From Adineta vaga (Eukaryota; Animalia; Rotifera), in the NCBI GenBank assembly GCA_021613535.1, contig CP075492.1, positions 4,960,001 through 5,024,000 of the forward strand: DNA of 64,000 nucleotides, in the 5' to 3' direction. A program made the position numbers and the translations under genes. Position 1 is the first letter of the stretch. Each line of letters opens with the position of its first letter. The notes below the pieces were generated by a model that was not told the origin of the DNA, searched no databases, and saw only the letters and a program-made list of their open reading frames with translations. Of this stretch, positions 1 to 12,747 are shown piece after piece.

Positions 1-421
1 ATAGAATGAATATTATGAAAATACAAATTATGATAAGAAGAATATGTTTAGGTTGACCAAACCAAGTTCGATGACGACGACTCAAGGCAATATATCGATC
101 CGAACAAACAAAGACTCGTAGCCAAGTTGCAATTCCTGTTGCAGAAAAATGTAAAAATTGTATATGTTCGAAGAGTATAACCATGTATACCCCAAAAATA
201 ATGATCAAGATTCCATCCGTATAATATGATTAAATCAACAATGGCAATGGCTCGCATATAATGAAATGTTGGTCGTTTGTTTGTATCGCGGAATTTTTTT
301 CGGCAAAAAATATCAATGTTATGAAATTACATAGTGTACCGACAATAACTAGTGTTAATGAAGTATAACCGATGAATGACATTAGAGATGCATAGATGTT
401 TGTTGTTGAATTGCTTGCCAT
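1..421 (-). pseudogene. Rhodopsin-like (class A) GPCR, 5' part, disrupted by two frameshifts; runs off the window
   Basis: Joining frames gives TM1 (LVIVGTLCNFITL), then CRKKFRDTNKRPTFHYMRAIAIVD (TM2), then ATWLRVFVCSDRYIAL (DRY motif). Frame changes at the A6 run near 305 and near 150, where sequence also appears to be missing. Confidence 0.7.
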
Positions 422-1976
422 TGTATGATAAATAGATTGATATTAAAGTGTAATTTTTCTGAACGAGTCTCTTCGTGAATATGAAAATACTTTCATAGAG
501 TTCTTTCATGTAGCTGATAGTTACAATGAGACATTTTCTTCATTGTCGTCGATGAATAATAAAAATAGATTTAATTATACAAGTTTTTCAAAAATAAGTA
601 ATGGGCATGACTATATAGGCGTATGAGAATTACATGCTTTGATAATTATCAGAGAACAACAGATTTATTAGATAATACATTATAACTATACAAAGTGTTC
701 ATTAATGTAGTGTATATTCTTCGATTTGATTGAACAGGATAGATGAATAGAAAGATCAACCTTTGATCTCGAATATGTTCAATATAATGAGAATCGTGAG
801 AGGATATTGATAAAGATGGAAATGTAGTTAGAAGTGGTAGTGAAACATACTGTTAACCTCCGTCGATCTAATAAAATCGATTTCTATTCATGTCAAGAAG
901 AAGGTACAGTATCAATATGTTCTCAAATAGCATTCATACATCTATATTCTAGTATACTACTGTTTTCGAATCTTCTTGATTGAGTGAGATTGAGATATAT
1001 ATCAGTGACGAAATAAAAATCATTCCATTACTTCTGAATCTGACGAGGAATCACCAATAAACTCGATTTTTTCCATGATTACTTTTTTTATTGTTTAAAA
1101 GACTTTACAGTTCTCTTTTCAATTATGCATATAGTATGGAGCAGATCATTCTTTCCTTTTTCGTTCTATTTATATAAATTAAATCCGAATTTTGCAAACA
1201 GATTCTTCATCAATCACTTTTTTCTCATCCTTTCTATGATATTACATTTGAGAAAATGATCTCAATTTTCGTATAACTGACAATCTGTTCTTTTTCTTCG
1301 CCAACGAATTCAGTAGAAAGTTTTATACATACAACTATAAGATCGATTTATTGATTATGTGTACGAGGACAAACAATCGACAACAGACAGAGATCCAGAA
1401 TCCTTTACTCATTTAGCGTATACTGAAAGAACAGTACCCACTTCTTCTTCTTCCCTAGCACACAAGTAATATGTGAATTGACAACAACTTTGATCGTGTT
1501 TTTCCTTGTATAGAGAATGAAATCGAGACAAAGGACATTCATGAAAATAGATATCGTTTTTCATTTAACGGTTATGTTGTTAAAGCCTTGGTTGGTGTAT
1601 AGCCGATCCTTTAATCGATGCGCTCAATGATCCATACTAAACAGGTGATATCAAAGATGTGTATACTAATAATTGATCCTGTTTTCTGTCAATTGTAGGA
1701 TATTTTCTACACTCGATTAAAAAATAAACTGTAGAATACCAATAGTTTCTAAATCTTCGATTAATCTGTAATATGAATATTGAAGTTAATTAAAGAATGA
1801 TGTCGCGTGTCGTATGATATGCATATCACATTTAATGGTTATTTCACTCAAGTATCAATGCGTTATTCCTGACATCATGGAGAAAAGAATCGTTTGATGG
1901 GTGTATCAAACTTCGTCATTTACGTATAATCTATGCATGAATAATTTAGCTACGCCTTTCTAACACGTCCGATAAG

Positions 1977-1984
1977 TATATAAA
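1977..1984 (+). promoter_or_regulatory. TATA box candidate for the His/Gly-rich peptide gene
   Basis: TATATAAA about 85 nt upstream of ATG 2062; AATAAA at 2331-2336 downstream of the stop. Confidence 0.45.
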
Positions 1985-2061
1985 CACAACGAATAAAGCT
2001 TCATATACAACAATAATAATAACTTTTATTTTGATTATCATAAAACAAGTAACAAAACAAT

Positions 2062-2250
2062 ATGCATCATCATCATCATCATCATCCATTTCTTGATGCT
2101 GCATTGGTTGGTGGCGTTGCTCTAGGCGCGTATGAACTTTATCATCATCATCAATATGGTAATTTCGGTTTTGGAAATCCCTACAATGGAGGTGGATACG
2201 GTGGATCTTATGGATATGGATCACCCTATGGATATGGTGGATTTTATTGA
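2062..2250 (+). CDS. 62-aa His/Gly/Tyr-rich peptide
   Basis: MHHHHHHHPFLDAALVGGVALGAYELYHHHQYG...GGYGGSYGYGSPYGYGGFY; GC-richer than flanks; flanked by TATA box and polyA signal. Confidence 0.7.
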   Translation: MHHHHHHHPFLDAALVGGVALGAYELYHHHQYGNFGFGNPYNGGGYGGSYGYGSPYGYGGFY

Positions 2251-2864
2251 GATAGTTATTATCACTATCACATAACTTGTAATAATTCGTTATTTTTCTT
2301 TGTAATATGTGACTTTGTCTTATCTGTTTTAATAAAAATCTTTCATATGAAATATATCAAAACATGTTCCAGTTTTAAATAATATACGATATGGTACCAT
2401 TGCATCTATTAAAAAGATCCCATATGTCCAAATCGAAACTATAGAATACTTCGTCGGTTTATTTATTTCTAAAGTGATTCAATGACACTCTCGAAACAGA
2501 TATCGACATAAATTAAAATGCAAAGACATTCTTTATTTTTCGTAAACAGCTTGTTTGTTTATATTGTATTGTGCATTTTAACTGAATAATTAATTGTACC
2601 ATTGGAAAGGAAATTCTCATGGACTGATCTTTCTGTTTATAGAAGAAGTATTTAGATATCCGATCGACTAATTTTACGGCATATAAAGAAACGATGGTGT
2701 GAATGTTTTGTTTCCATCGATTGGTTACATAGAATACAAGAAAAAAAACGTCGTGTTATTCATTTGACATGCGTTGTGCAATAACCATGTGATGCAATGC
2801 AGTGCAATGAAGAAGTATATATTTGTTATTATTTTGTTATATTTAACGTATTTTTCTATTAACT

Positions 2865-5800
2865 ATGACGACAGCTGTTGATGTTCACCCTTCTCCTACT
2901 CATATCGAATCATCAATTGATTCGATTGATATTTTAACAAATGAAGATTTGCAGGTAATTGAATCGATTTATTCCTATTGGTTTGGTGAAAATATCAGTA
3001 CATGGTCAAAAACATATCCATTAAATAGTAAATTATGGTTTCGAGTCGATGAAAAGATTGATCAAGACATAAAAGAGAAATTTGAACGATATTTAATCGA
3101 TGCTACAACATCAAATAATAGTCTATATCAACGTTGGCAAACAACTCCTCGTGGTAAATTAGCATTGATTATATTATTAGATCAATTTCCTCGAAATATC
3201 TATCGTAGTACAGGAAAAATGTTTGAATTTGATCGATTCGCTCTTCAATTAGCATCTGATATTATTCATGATCCAACTCATGTAACAATTTACAGTTTAC
3301 CTGAACGATTATTTATCTATTTACCATTTGTTCATTCCGAAGAACTTCTTCATACAACAAAAGGGGCTGATTTAATGAATGATCTTGCAGCAGAAGTTAC
3401 TCAACGTGATTTACGACGACGATATACAGCTAATGCTCGTGCAGCTAAAACTCATCAACAAGTTATTGAATCATTCGGTCGTTATCCACATCGAAATCAA
3501 CTTCTCGGACGAGAATCAACAATTGATGAAGAAAAATATTTAAAAACTGCACGAAATGGATTCATTCAATCCGTCAATAAAACAACAACTAAACCAAATT
3601 CAGAAAACTGTACGATTACACATGAATTACCATCAACAGGTCCTCTTCTAAAAATTCTCGTTCTTCATGGTTTTCATCAAAATGCAAATAGTTTGAAACG
3701 AAGTGCAAAAAAAATATTTAAAAGTTTGAAAGATGTAGCAACATTTCATTTTGCGAATGCTCCACTACCATACGATCCAACAGGTGAAGTGAAAGAACAA
3801 TTATTAGCCGCTTTTGGTGACGGAAATATGCCCGATGTCGGTTATCAACGACAATGGTGGAATGCATCGAAAGATAGTAAAACCTATCATCATTTAGATG
3901 TTTCATTACATTATATCGATCAATTGTTTAAAACCGAAGGACCTTTCGATGGTATATTTGGCTTTGCTGTATGTATACATTTAAATATATATTGATTCTA
4001 TAATGTATTCTATATTTTATTTAGCAAGGTGCGTCGTTTGGTGGAATTCTTTGTGGTTTACAGCCATTTGGAAATATTTCATTTGAATTTGCAATCTTAA
4101 TATCAGGATTTGCATCACGAGCAGAATGTCATGAACAACTGATGCAACCAAACGCAATAAAAAATGTGACATCATTACATATCTATGGGGTCAATGATGT
4201 TTTGATTACTAATGATCGAACACTGAAATTAGCAGCTGCTTTCGAAAATCCATTGATTGTTCCACATCAAGGTGGTCATTTTACACCAAATACATGGCCA
4301 AATAAGGATATCAGACAATTTTTACTTGAACAACAAGAACATCTATCAAATAGAATCGATCGAACCAACAATTCTGACATGTTACAAACTCAAGTATTAA
4401 GAACATTTGAAGAAAAGATAGAAGCAACGATTTCACATCATCAAAAACAAATATCTACCTTACCTGTAAACGAACGAAAACAAAACAAGATTCCGATTGT
4501 TCCTATTGGTGTATCAACATTAATTAATTCAGAAAATATTCAACATATCATTGATAATGTCGACAATTATCTCCTGGATGATGTCATGCTGCTTATCTGG
4601 TGTCAAAGAACAACATTTCATAATATTGAACCTAAAGAAGATGAAACTACCGTCTTACCATTCTTTCGATATTGGATTCTATTATATTTGAAAAAACCAA
4701 TGGAGCTTCTCGCATCATATTTCGATCTCATTCCAAAGTATGGTAGTTGGGGAGATTTAAAAATGTTATATTTATCTATTGGTAAAATGGAAAATGAATT
4801 ATCGGCATCAGAGAAAATCTTACTTGATGATTTGAAACATGCGTGTGTAAAAGCATTTGGTGAACAATTAAAACGTGATGCTCACGCTGTATTGAATCAA
4901 CCTGATGAATCTGCTAATGAACAAGAAGAACAAATGACAATTAAAAAACAAGAATGGATTAGTAATTGTGCTAAAGAAGCACCACGCATTAATAATAATC
5001 GTAAAACTCCTAGTACACGTAAGTGCTTTCATTCTCTGCTCTCATATCTCTTGTTTCTAATCGTATCATTTAGTTATGGGCAAAGCAATAGCCAAATACA
5101 TGCATCCCATTCGTGATTCAATAAATACAGATGAAAAACAATACAATGCTGACAAAGGTTATTGTTATCAAATTTATAAACGATTGATTTCATCACTTTG
5201 CCATGTATTGGAAAAAGCATCACCTAATTTTGTTGATGAACAAGTTCGATCACGAAGTCGAAAAGATCGAGCTTTTCGATATACGAAAGAACAACGAGAA
5301 CAATTATTAAATGCTCCACCATCATCATACATCACGAATCCCGAACCCGAACCTGGTTAGTCAGTTTGTTATTCAATACATATCACTGTATGTTTTGTAT
5401 TTTCTAGTTGTTCCATGTTCTTTGGAAGAATTACAACCATTATTAGAACATTTGGTTTTGAATAAACCAGGACCTGGAGATGATAATCAATCGATTGTAT
5501 TTTCACGTGGTACTATCATGACTGGTGGACGATTAGATTTATGTAAACAAGTAGTAGGTCCAAAAGGTATTGAACCATTACTGAATGCTATGAAAAATAG
5601 TGCCGTCGTCAATCGATTATTATTGGGTATGTACTTTCTAGGTTATGAATAAGAAACATTTTAGAACTGTATTTATCTTCTTTAGGAAATAATATTGTTG
5701 GTCGTCCCGGTGCTGAAGCCATTTCTGCATATATTCGTTTGAATTCGGATTCCAATATTGATACATGGTATATAGCTGGAAATAATTTCGATGCTGATTG

Positions 5801-6707
5801 TATTTCATTAATATGTGAATCATTAGCTACAGATACAAAAGTGAAAGCACTTTGGTTAAAACGAAATCCAATTCTATCATCTGGTGTTATTCATATAGCT
5901 CAAATGTTAACAACAAATCATTATTTACAAACATTAGATTTACTTAATACAGGTTTATTAGATGATGGTTGTGAAATATTATTTAATGCTTTGAAATCGA
6001 ATCAATCATTAAAACATTTATATATCGATACGAATGGTTTAACCGTCAAAAGTGGACGAATCATACGTTTACATTTTGAACAACATGATAATCATTTAGA
6101 ATCTTTATATATGTCATGTAATGCATTGGGTGATGCAGGCACTTGTGAAATAGCTATGGGTTTGAAACATGATCAACGTCTTACACGACTTGGTCTCGCA
6201 TCGAATTGTATTGGTGTTGAAGGAGCACGTGCATTAGTTGATGCTTTAATTAATCATCCGTCACTTCAACAATTAAATCTTGGATATATGAAAGCAACAA
6301 TATTACTCGGTGGATTAGATAATGTTCTTGGTGATGAAGGTGCAACAGAAATTAGTCGATTGATTCGATTGAATCAACATATTCGTTCCATTGATCTGAC
6401 ATTTAATGGTATTTCACAACGAGGTTTAATGCAATTACGTGATGCATTAAAAGAAAATCGAATTTTAACAACATTGAAAGTATTACAATTCGGACAAGTA
6501 CATAATGAAATTACAAAAGAAGAAATCAGTACAATAATTGAACAAAATAAAATCGAATGGGGTAAACAACTGCTCAGTACTGATCCAAAATATAATGCAA
6601 CAACATTAACAAGAGTCGACTATTTACAAAAAGGACAACAACTGAACGATGATATCAATTTTCCGCCCCATGTCATGGAAATTATTAGTTACTATAGAAC
6701 ACATTAA
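2865..6707 (+). CDS. Five-exon chimeric protein (~1206 aa): DUF924 + FSH1-type serine hydrolase fold + DUF2828-like segment + RNI-like LRR
   Basis: Exons 2865-3968, 4025-5018, 5074-5355, 5408-5626, 5686-6707 join in frame via GT-AG introns. Motifs: LALIILLDQFPRNIYR and FGRYPHRNQLLGREST (DUF924); LVLHGFHQN, DGIFGFAQGA, HIYGVND, HQGGH (FSH1); IPKYGSWGDL..EQLKRD..SNCAKEAPR (DUF2828-like); RGT..GRLDLCKQ, LWLKRNPI and repeated LxxLxLxxNxI (LRR). Confidence 0.8.
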
Positions 6708-6904
6708 AACGATAAAAACTTCTCTTTTTTTTGTATTTAAAAATAACATTATAGAACGATGTGAGAAGGGTTGGTCAGAAGTATTTTTAATATATAAAAA
6801 AATAAATAAAAATAATCTTATCATTAAGATAAATGTCATTTTTTTATCGCACCTTTTCTCAATGTATATAACGTCTTATTATCTTACATGTTTGGTCAGA
6901 TTCA

Positions 6905-9303
6905 ATGGTAAAAATGTATCTGTTTATCTCATTCTTTCTTATTGTTGGCTGTTGGTGTGAGGTACAAGTATTAGTTGATAGAAACGGATCATATCAGATT
7001 AGTATTGGTGATCATTTATGGCTTCGTTCATCTCGTACTGCTCTCTATGTTGATAATAAATGGTATTCATCCGATGATAATTCTCTTCCATTAACGAGTA
7101 TATCATTTGCTCAAGGTTCGGATTCAAATTTAGGCAGTTGGAATGAAACACAACTCAATTATGATCTTATTCGTAGTGGAATGCACACGAAAATTGTAGG
7201 TCATATACGACAATGGCAGATGTATCCTGCAATTACATTTCATTTGGATGCGGGTGATCAAATCTTAAGTAATTCGATACCTTTAAGTATGGATAAGGTT
7301 CGTACTATCTTTCCATCATTTCATATTGAACAAATTGATGAACATGATCAACGAGGTTATTTTACATTTGCTGGTAAGTATGAGATGATTGATACGTACT
7401 TGATATTTATATACTTTTTTTTAGGAGAAATGTCGGGTGATGATGAAAAACATGCTGGATGGTGGAAATCATCCAGTAACGTTATAAACGCCGGTATGAA
7501 CGGAGGACCAACTGTTCTTTTTAATTTGACGCAACAAGGCGAAGATGATATCGTTGTTCTTTCACCATTTTCTCGATTTATGGCTACTTCATTTAGTCAA
7601 ACAAATGATGTTCTTGAATATGGTGTTATGGGTTCAATGTTAACTATACCAGCTAATTATAATCATTCCATGATTGTCTTCTATTCTTCGAAAGGTATCA
7701 ACGAAGGTTTTCGAGAATGGGGTCAAATGATGCAAAAAGCACATAATCGAACAAATGAACATCGTCTCAATGATTTAACAATTAATTATCTTGGTTATTA
7801 TACTGATAATGGTGGTTACTATTATTATAATACCGAACAAGGAATAAATTATGAACAAACAATGATTGATATTCATCAACAAATTCCTCTACCATTTCAT
7901 TATTTACAATTAGATTCTTGGTGGTATTATAAAGGTATTGGCGGTGGTGTAACTCAATATACACCGATGCCAAATATATTTCCTGATGGTTTACAAGTAC
8001 TTCATCGTCGACTAGAAAATATTCCTTTTGCAGCACATAATCGATATTGGGCATTTGATACTGTTTATAAACAAAATTATTCTTTTGCTCTCGATGAACA
8101 GAATGGAAAAGCATTACCGATTGGAAATGATTCGTTTTGGATCGATCTATTTACTCAAACACGTGATTGGGGTTTGATTCTTTATGAACAAGATTGGCTT
8201 GATCGTCAAACATATAATTTTACGCCGACATTTACAGATATTCATCTTGGACATCAATGGTTAATGTCTATGGGTGAAGCAGCAGAAAAAATTCAAATGA
8301 ATATTCAATATTGTATGAGTTTACCTCGACATATTCTTACTGCTTTACAAGTTTCACGTGTGACACATGCACGAGTATCAACTGATTATGCATTTCATCT
8401 TGAACAAAGTCGAAATGCATCACAATGGGCAATTGGAATATCAAGTATGTTTGCTGATGCAGTTGGTTTAGCACCATTTAAAGATGTTCTTTGGTCAACA
8501 GAAGATCAACCTGCTGCACCTTATAAAGATTCACCACGAGAAATACTTCCCGAACGTGAAATACTTATTGCAACACTTTCAACTGGACCTGTTGGACCTG
8601 GTGATGCTATTAATTATACAAATGTTCAACGAATTATGAAATGTTGTCGACAAGATGGTTTAATCTTAAAACCCGATCGACCATTGACAACAATTAATAC
8701 TTTAATATCTGATTGGGCTTATTATAATGGAATTTCACAAGGTGAACTGTATTCAACAAGAATAACTATGTAAGTATATAGATTTTGTTTTCTTTTCATC
8801 TACAGACTTTGAATACTAATTTAATCTCTAGAAATAATCAAACTTTTCATACAATCTTTGCATCAGCAATGAAAAAAGATTATACTATTTATCCATCAAT
8901 GATTGGTGCACAATCGGGTGTTATATGGTCGTATAATGATTCAAGTATTGTCCTATCATTTTCAGATACTAATCCTCTTGATGTATTCGCTGCTCAATGT
9001 CATAATTTATCCATATGTCTTTGGTATGTTTCACCATTGATGCAATTAGGTGATTCATCTCGAACACACTATGCTCTTCTTGGTGAATCGAATAAATGGA
9101 CAGCAGTTAGTCGACAACGTATTGTTGATATTACAGCCACAAATACTGCTGCTATAGTAACACTTCAAGGTGCACCAGGTGAATTCGTACTAATGAATGT
9201 TTTTCATGGTGTTTTATTATCAGTAACTGTAAACTGTCAAATGTCTGCAGATGTTGGCAAAGCTCGACTGATGATTACAGCAATGGATGTTAATTGCACT
9301 TAA
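6905..9303 (+). CDS. Secreted glycoside-hydrolase-like protein (clan GH-D / GH36-like TIM barrel), ~761 aa, 3 exons
   Basis: Signal peptide; exons 6905-7373, 7425-8769, 8832-9303 in frame; motifs YYTDNGGYYYY, LQLDSWWY, AAHNRYW, LYEQDWL, QYCM, LSTGPVGPGD, LILKPDRP. Substrate unknown. Confidence 0.7.
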
Positions 9304-9415
9304 ACAACATTTATAATAAGAATTATACATAAACATAGAAAAAAACTTTTGATAGAATTAAAATAAAAGAAGAAAAAGTAATAACCAAATAAGAACTCTA
9401 AATTTGTTCAATATT

Positions 9416-9850
9416 ATTCTCCTTTTGTGGTAACTATGGTAGTAATTGGTCGACTAGTTGACATATTTTGTGTTGATGATAACTTGGTAGTTGGTAATAC
9501 TTGTAAAAACTTGAACATATCGTTTTGATATTGTTGAATTGCATTTTTAATTTTAAGAAAGATGATTTCTTTGTAACAAAGGTCGAAATTACATATATAG
9601 TTGTTTGTTGGTCATCGTCTTTTAGATAATTTGTAATAATAACATCAACTGTTCTCGTTTTTATACTAGCACAGCTAGCAATGTATGATCAAGAGTAGAG
9701 GAATGTTTTGACCAGTTGCAGATGATTTTCGAAATTCAATCATTAAAGTTCGCTTAGCATGATTATGGATTACTTCAACATGACATATAGATAATACTAT
9801 ACGAGTAAGATCTTGAAATTGATCGATAATATCTTGAATTGATGTAGAAT
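9416..9850 (-). pseudogene. Degraded 3' fragment of an unidentified protein-coding gene
   Basis: Coding-like stretches (SIQDIIDQFQDLTRIVLSICHVEV...; IQQYQNDMFKFLQVLP...KGE*) separated by frameshifts and an intron-like gap; no start exon found. Confidence 0.3.
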
Positions 9851-10318
9851 TTAACGAAAAAAATTGTTTTTATCAAGAAAATGATTCTCAACCAGCCAAG
9901 CAAGATTGAAAAAGAAGCGAAGAAGATTTTCTAAGATTATTTGACAAATCAAAATTGATTGATTATTCATATGATTTCTATTTTTATTAAAGTTTTCGTA
10001 ATGTCATGTTTCATTGAGAAACAACAATTTTGTTTTCATATAGTCTCACAAGGTTGACTCGTTATTGATGGCCATTTTTTATTTTCCCAGTTATTCAAAT
10101 ACAATAAATTGAAAATAACATAACAAGTTTGTCTTCTTCTTTCACATTCATGCTTATTATTCATATTCTCCCAATATGAAAAGAACTTCAATTAGTACTT
10201 ACCTTCACAGATACATGTTCACATCTTCTTCGTACGTATAAAAAGCAGCGAAAAAAAGAAAGTTTTTATTCATTATTTTTACTTCTTAGACAACTTCCGC
10301 AACACATTCATACAAGGA

Positions 10319-10624
10319 ATGTGGAAGACTTTATTGGTGATCCTGATTGTATGGATCACATTTACTTTAGCTCGTCCAAGTTATGAGCAATTTCTTGTTG
10401 GTATTGATATTTACAAGCCAAATACATTTGTTCAAGATTTAATCGGTCAATCAACGAAAGAACGTCGTCAAATGATGACGTGTGAAAATTGTTCCGATAC
10501 TAATCCTGATTCTCCTTGTCGTGTGATATGTGAGAATCACTCCAAATCTTCTCATGATACTGGTCAACATCAACATCGACGCCGTCGCTATTCTCACCAA
10601 TATCATGACAGTAAGTTTAAATAA
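10319..10624 (+). CDS. Small secreted Cys-containing peptide precursor
   Basis: Signal peptide MWKTLLVILIVWITFTLA; KERR and RRRR basic sites flank CxxC...CxxxC; TATAAAA at ~10237. A donor at ~10612 may alter the last few residues. Confidence 0.6.
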   Translation: MWKTLLVILIVWITFTLARPSYEQFLVGIDIYKPNTFVQDLIGQSTKERRQMMTCENCSDTNPDSPCRVICENHSKSSHDTGQHQHRRRRYSHQYHDSKFK

Positions 10625-11462
10625 ATCTGACGAATATTCAATGAAAAATGATTTTCTATTTAGGATAATATGTCACGCAAGATGTCATATTTATTCATTC
10701 CTCTCGACAAGATTATTCAATTATCTCGTTTAATGAACTATTTTAGATTACAGGACTATATTAGTAGGAACGAGCAAACTCTTTTTATAAATTATTTCTA
10801 TTTTCTTGTCACGTAGTTTTTGTTTGATGAGAATTCAAATAATTCTCATCTGATTTTTTTATGATTTCTTTGTAGAAGAAGGATGGATAGAAAGTGATCC
10901 TACTCGAATCTATCGAATGATCGATTTCTTTTCTTATTATTAGAAATGATTCGAGGTAAGAGAAAATATCTTTGTGAATAAGTTGAAATGCGTACATAAT
11001 TGTATGAACATTAGAATCGAAAAATTACATAAGTTCAATGTTATATATTGAAAATGAATGAAAGATAGGGAGAATTCTTTTTTCTCTATGCATGTAATTG
11101 TATTTTGATTAGTTTTAACTTTTCCGTTTATTTCTCTTTAAATAAATATCTTTATCTAACATTTACAAACTTCATCACAAGAAAGTCTTACATATAATCA
11201 AGAAGATATTCGAAACTAGTTCTAAATAGAGTTATGAAAAGTGAATACAAGTAAAAATAATAGCAATTCATTGATGCTATATTTATGATTGAAAATCAGT
11301 TTTTTTCGTCTTAATATAAATAGATGTCATGTGAATTATATCGATTATAACTTTCCGACAAATATCATTTTATTATTTGCAAAGTTTATCGAACATTGTA
11401 AATGATATCAGTTTACTTATCTTCATCAAAGTAACCTTTTATGTTGTAAAACAATAATAGAG

Positions 11463-11648
11463 ATGAGACAAGAAATCTTCATCCTAACTGTTTTAATTAT
11501 AATCTGTAATTTAACATTTCTAATACATAGTTTAAGTGTTAGAACTTCACCATTCTATTATCCATGGTATGGAAAAACAGGAAATCAAGCTCAAAAAGTA
11601 TATCTTGATCGAACTGCTTATTGGATAAATCAATATGAACAATACTGA
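11463..11648 (+). CDS. 61-aa secreted peptide precursor
   Basis: Signal peptide (IFILTVLIIICNLTFLIHS) followed by R-TSPFYYPWY-GK, aromatic-rich. Confidence 0.55.
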   Translation: MRQEIFILTVLIIICNLTFLIHSLSVRTSPFYYPWYGKTGNQAQKVYLDRTAYWINQYEQY

Positions 11649-11711
11649 CATTATAAAATAATTTCAAATGTGTTCTTGTTATTGATTTATTTGAACTTTT
11701 TCTTTATCAAA

Positions 11712-12747
11712 TCATAACATTCCTTTTATTTTCATTTGAATCAATGTACTTCTTAATTTCTCTTGATCAGCTCCATGAACCGAAGAAGCAAATCCATCGA
11801 CACCACGTATTGCATAAGTTCCATTCAACGAATTTTCTTCTTCACCTCGAGTAACACCTTCAACTGCACCAGCATCTAAAGCAGCTTCAATCAATTGAAT
11901 TACTTGATTACCCGTTGGAATTAAATCAAATCTATTTGCTTTTGCAGCAACAATTGAAGCAATAGCTTGTAAAGCAAGATTGGAATTCCAAGATGTTACA
12001 GGAATATCAGAATACACACCACTTGCTACAATTGTTTTACCATCCGGTGCTAATGGTATTATATCTTTAAGATTAGCCATGCCAGCTTCATTTCCACCAT
12101 CACCAACACCAATAATAATACCTTTACCTTTAAATTGAACGAGCATTTCATCAACTGGATGATTCCAATCATTTATATTTTTACCAATCATATTTCGACG
12201 AACACCATCATACCAATTTCGACTGGAAAGTTCACCAGCAAGCATAACTTTTGGTTGTAGTTTATTAATAAGTCTCTGTGCTTCAATAATTTGTTCCTTC
12301 TCATTATGATGTGAACTGAATTCGTAAACTGAACTATCATCACCTTGAATTGATTTTAAACATGCACGAAGAACTTGACTAGTTATTGGATCAGCAACAT
12401 AAGATACACGATAAGATAATTGACGAAAGATTTCACCGGCAAGTATTGCACCTGGTGGACCATCGGTTTCTGCAACGGATATCTTTTGATTGTTGACAAG
12501 TTTTTCTGTGACACAGAAACCAGTGAGAATAGTAATGGATGAACCTTTGTCAAGTTTTAATAATGTTTCGGCAGCTTTTTCAGCACTACCTGGTGGTGCA
12601 TAGAATTTCGATAGATTTCGCATATCATAACTGCTTAGAATAAAATCTACAGGAGTAAACATTTTTAATTGTGACGCACCTTGAATAGAGAAAATGTTAT
12701 CTCCTTCAACAATCGAAATATTACTCACCACTAACAGCCACTCCCAT
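11712..12747 (-). CDS. D-glutamate cyclase-like (DUF4392) protein, single-domain bacterial/archaeal type
   Basis: ILTGF, ETDGPPGA, IGVGDGGNEAGM, SWNSN motifs. True start is probably ATG 12747 (MGVAVSG) spliced across a 49-nt intron at 12680-12728. Confidence 0.8.

Noticed and set aside
650-1750. Coding-like patches on both strands
   Set aside because: Multiple stops and no recognisable motif or consistent exon chain.
7782-8114. Antisense ORFs overlapping real genes (also 1946-2224, 13618-13914, 43194-43566, 54130-54554)
   Set aside because: Shadow frames of biased codon usage with no independent signals.
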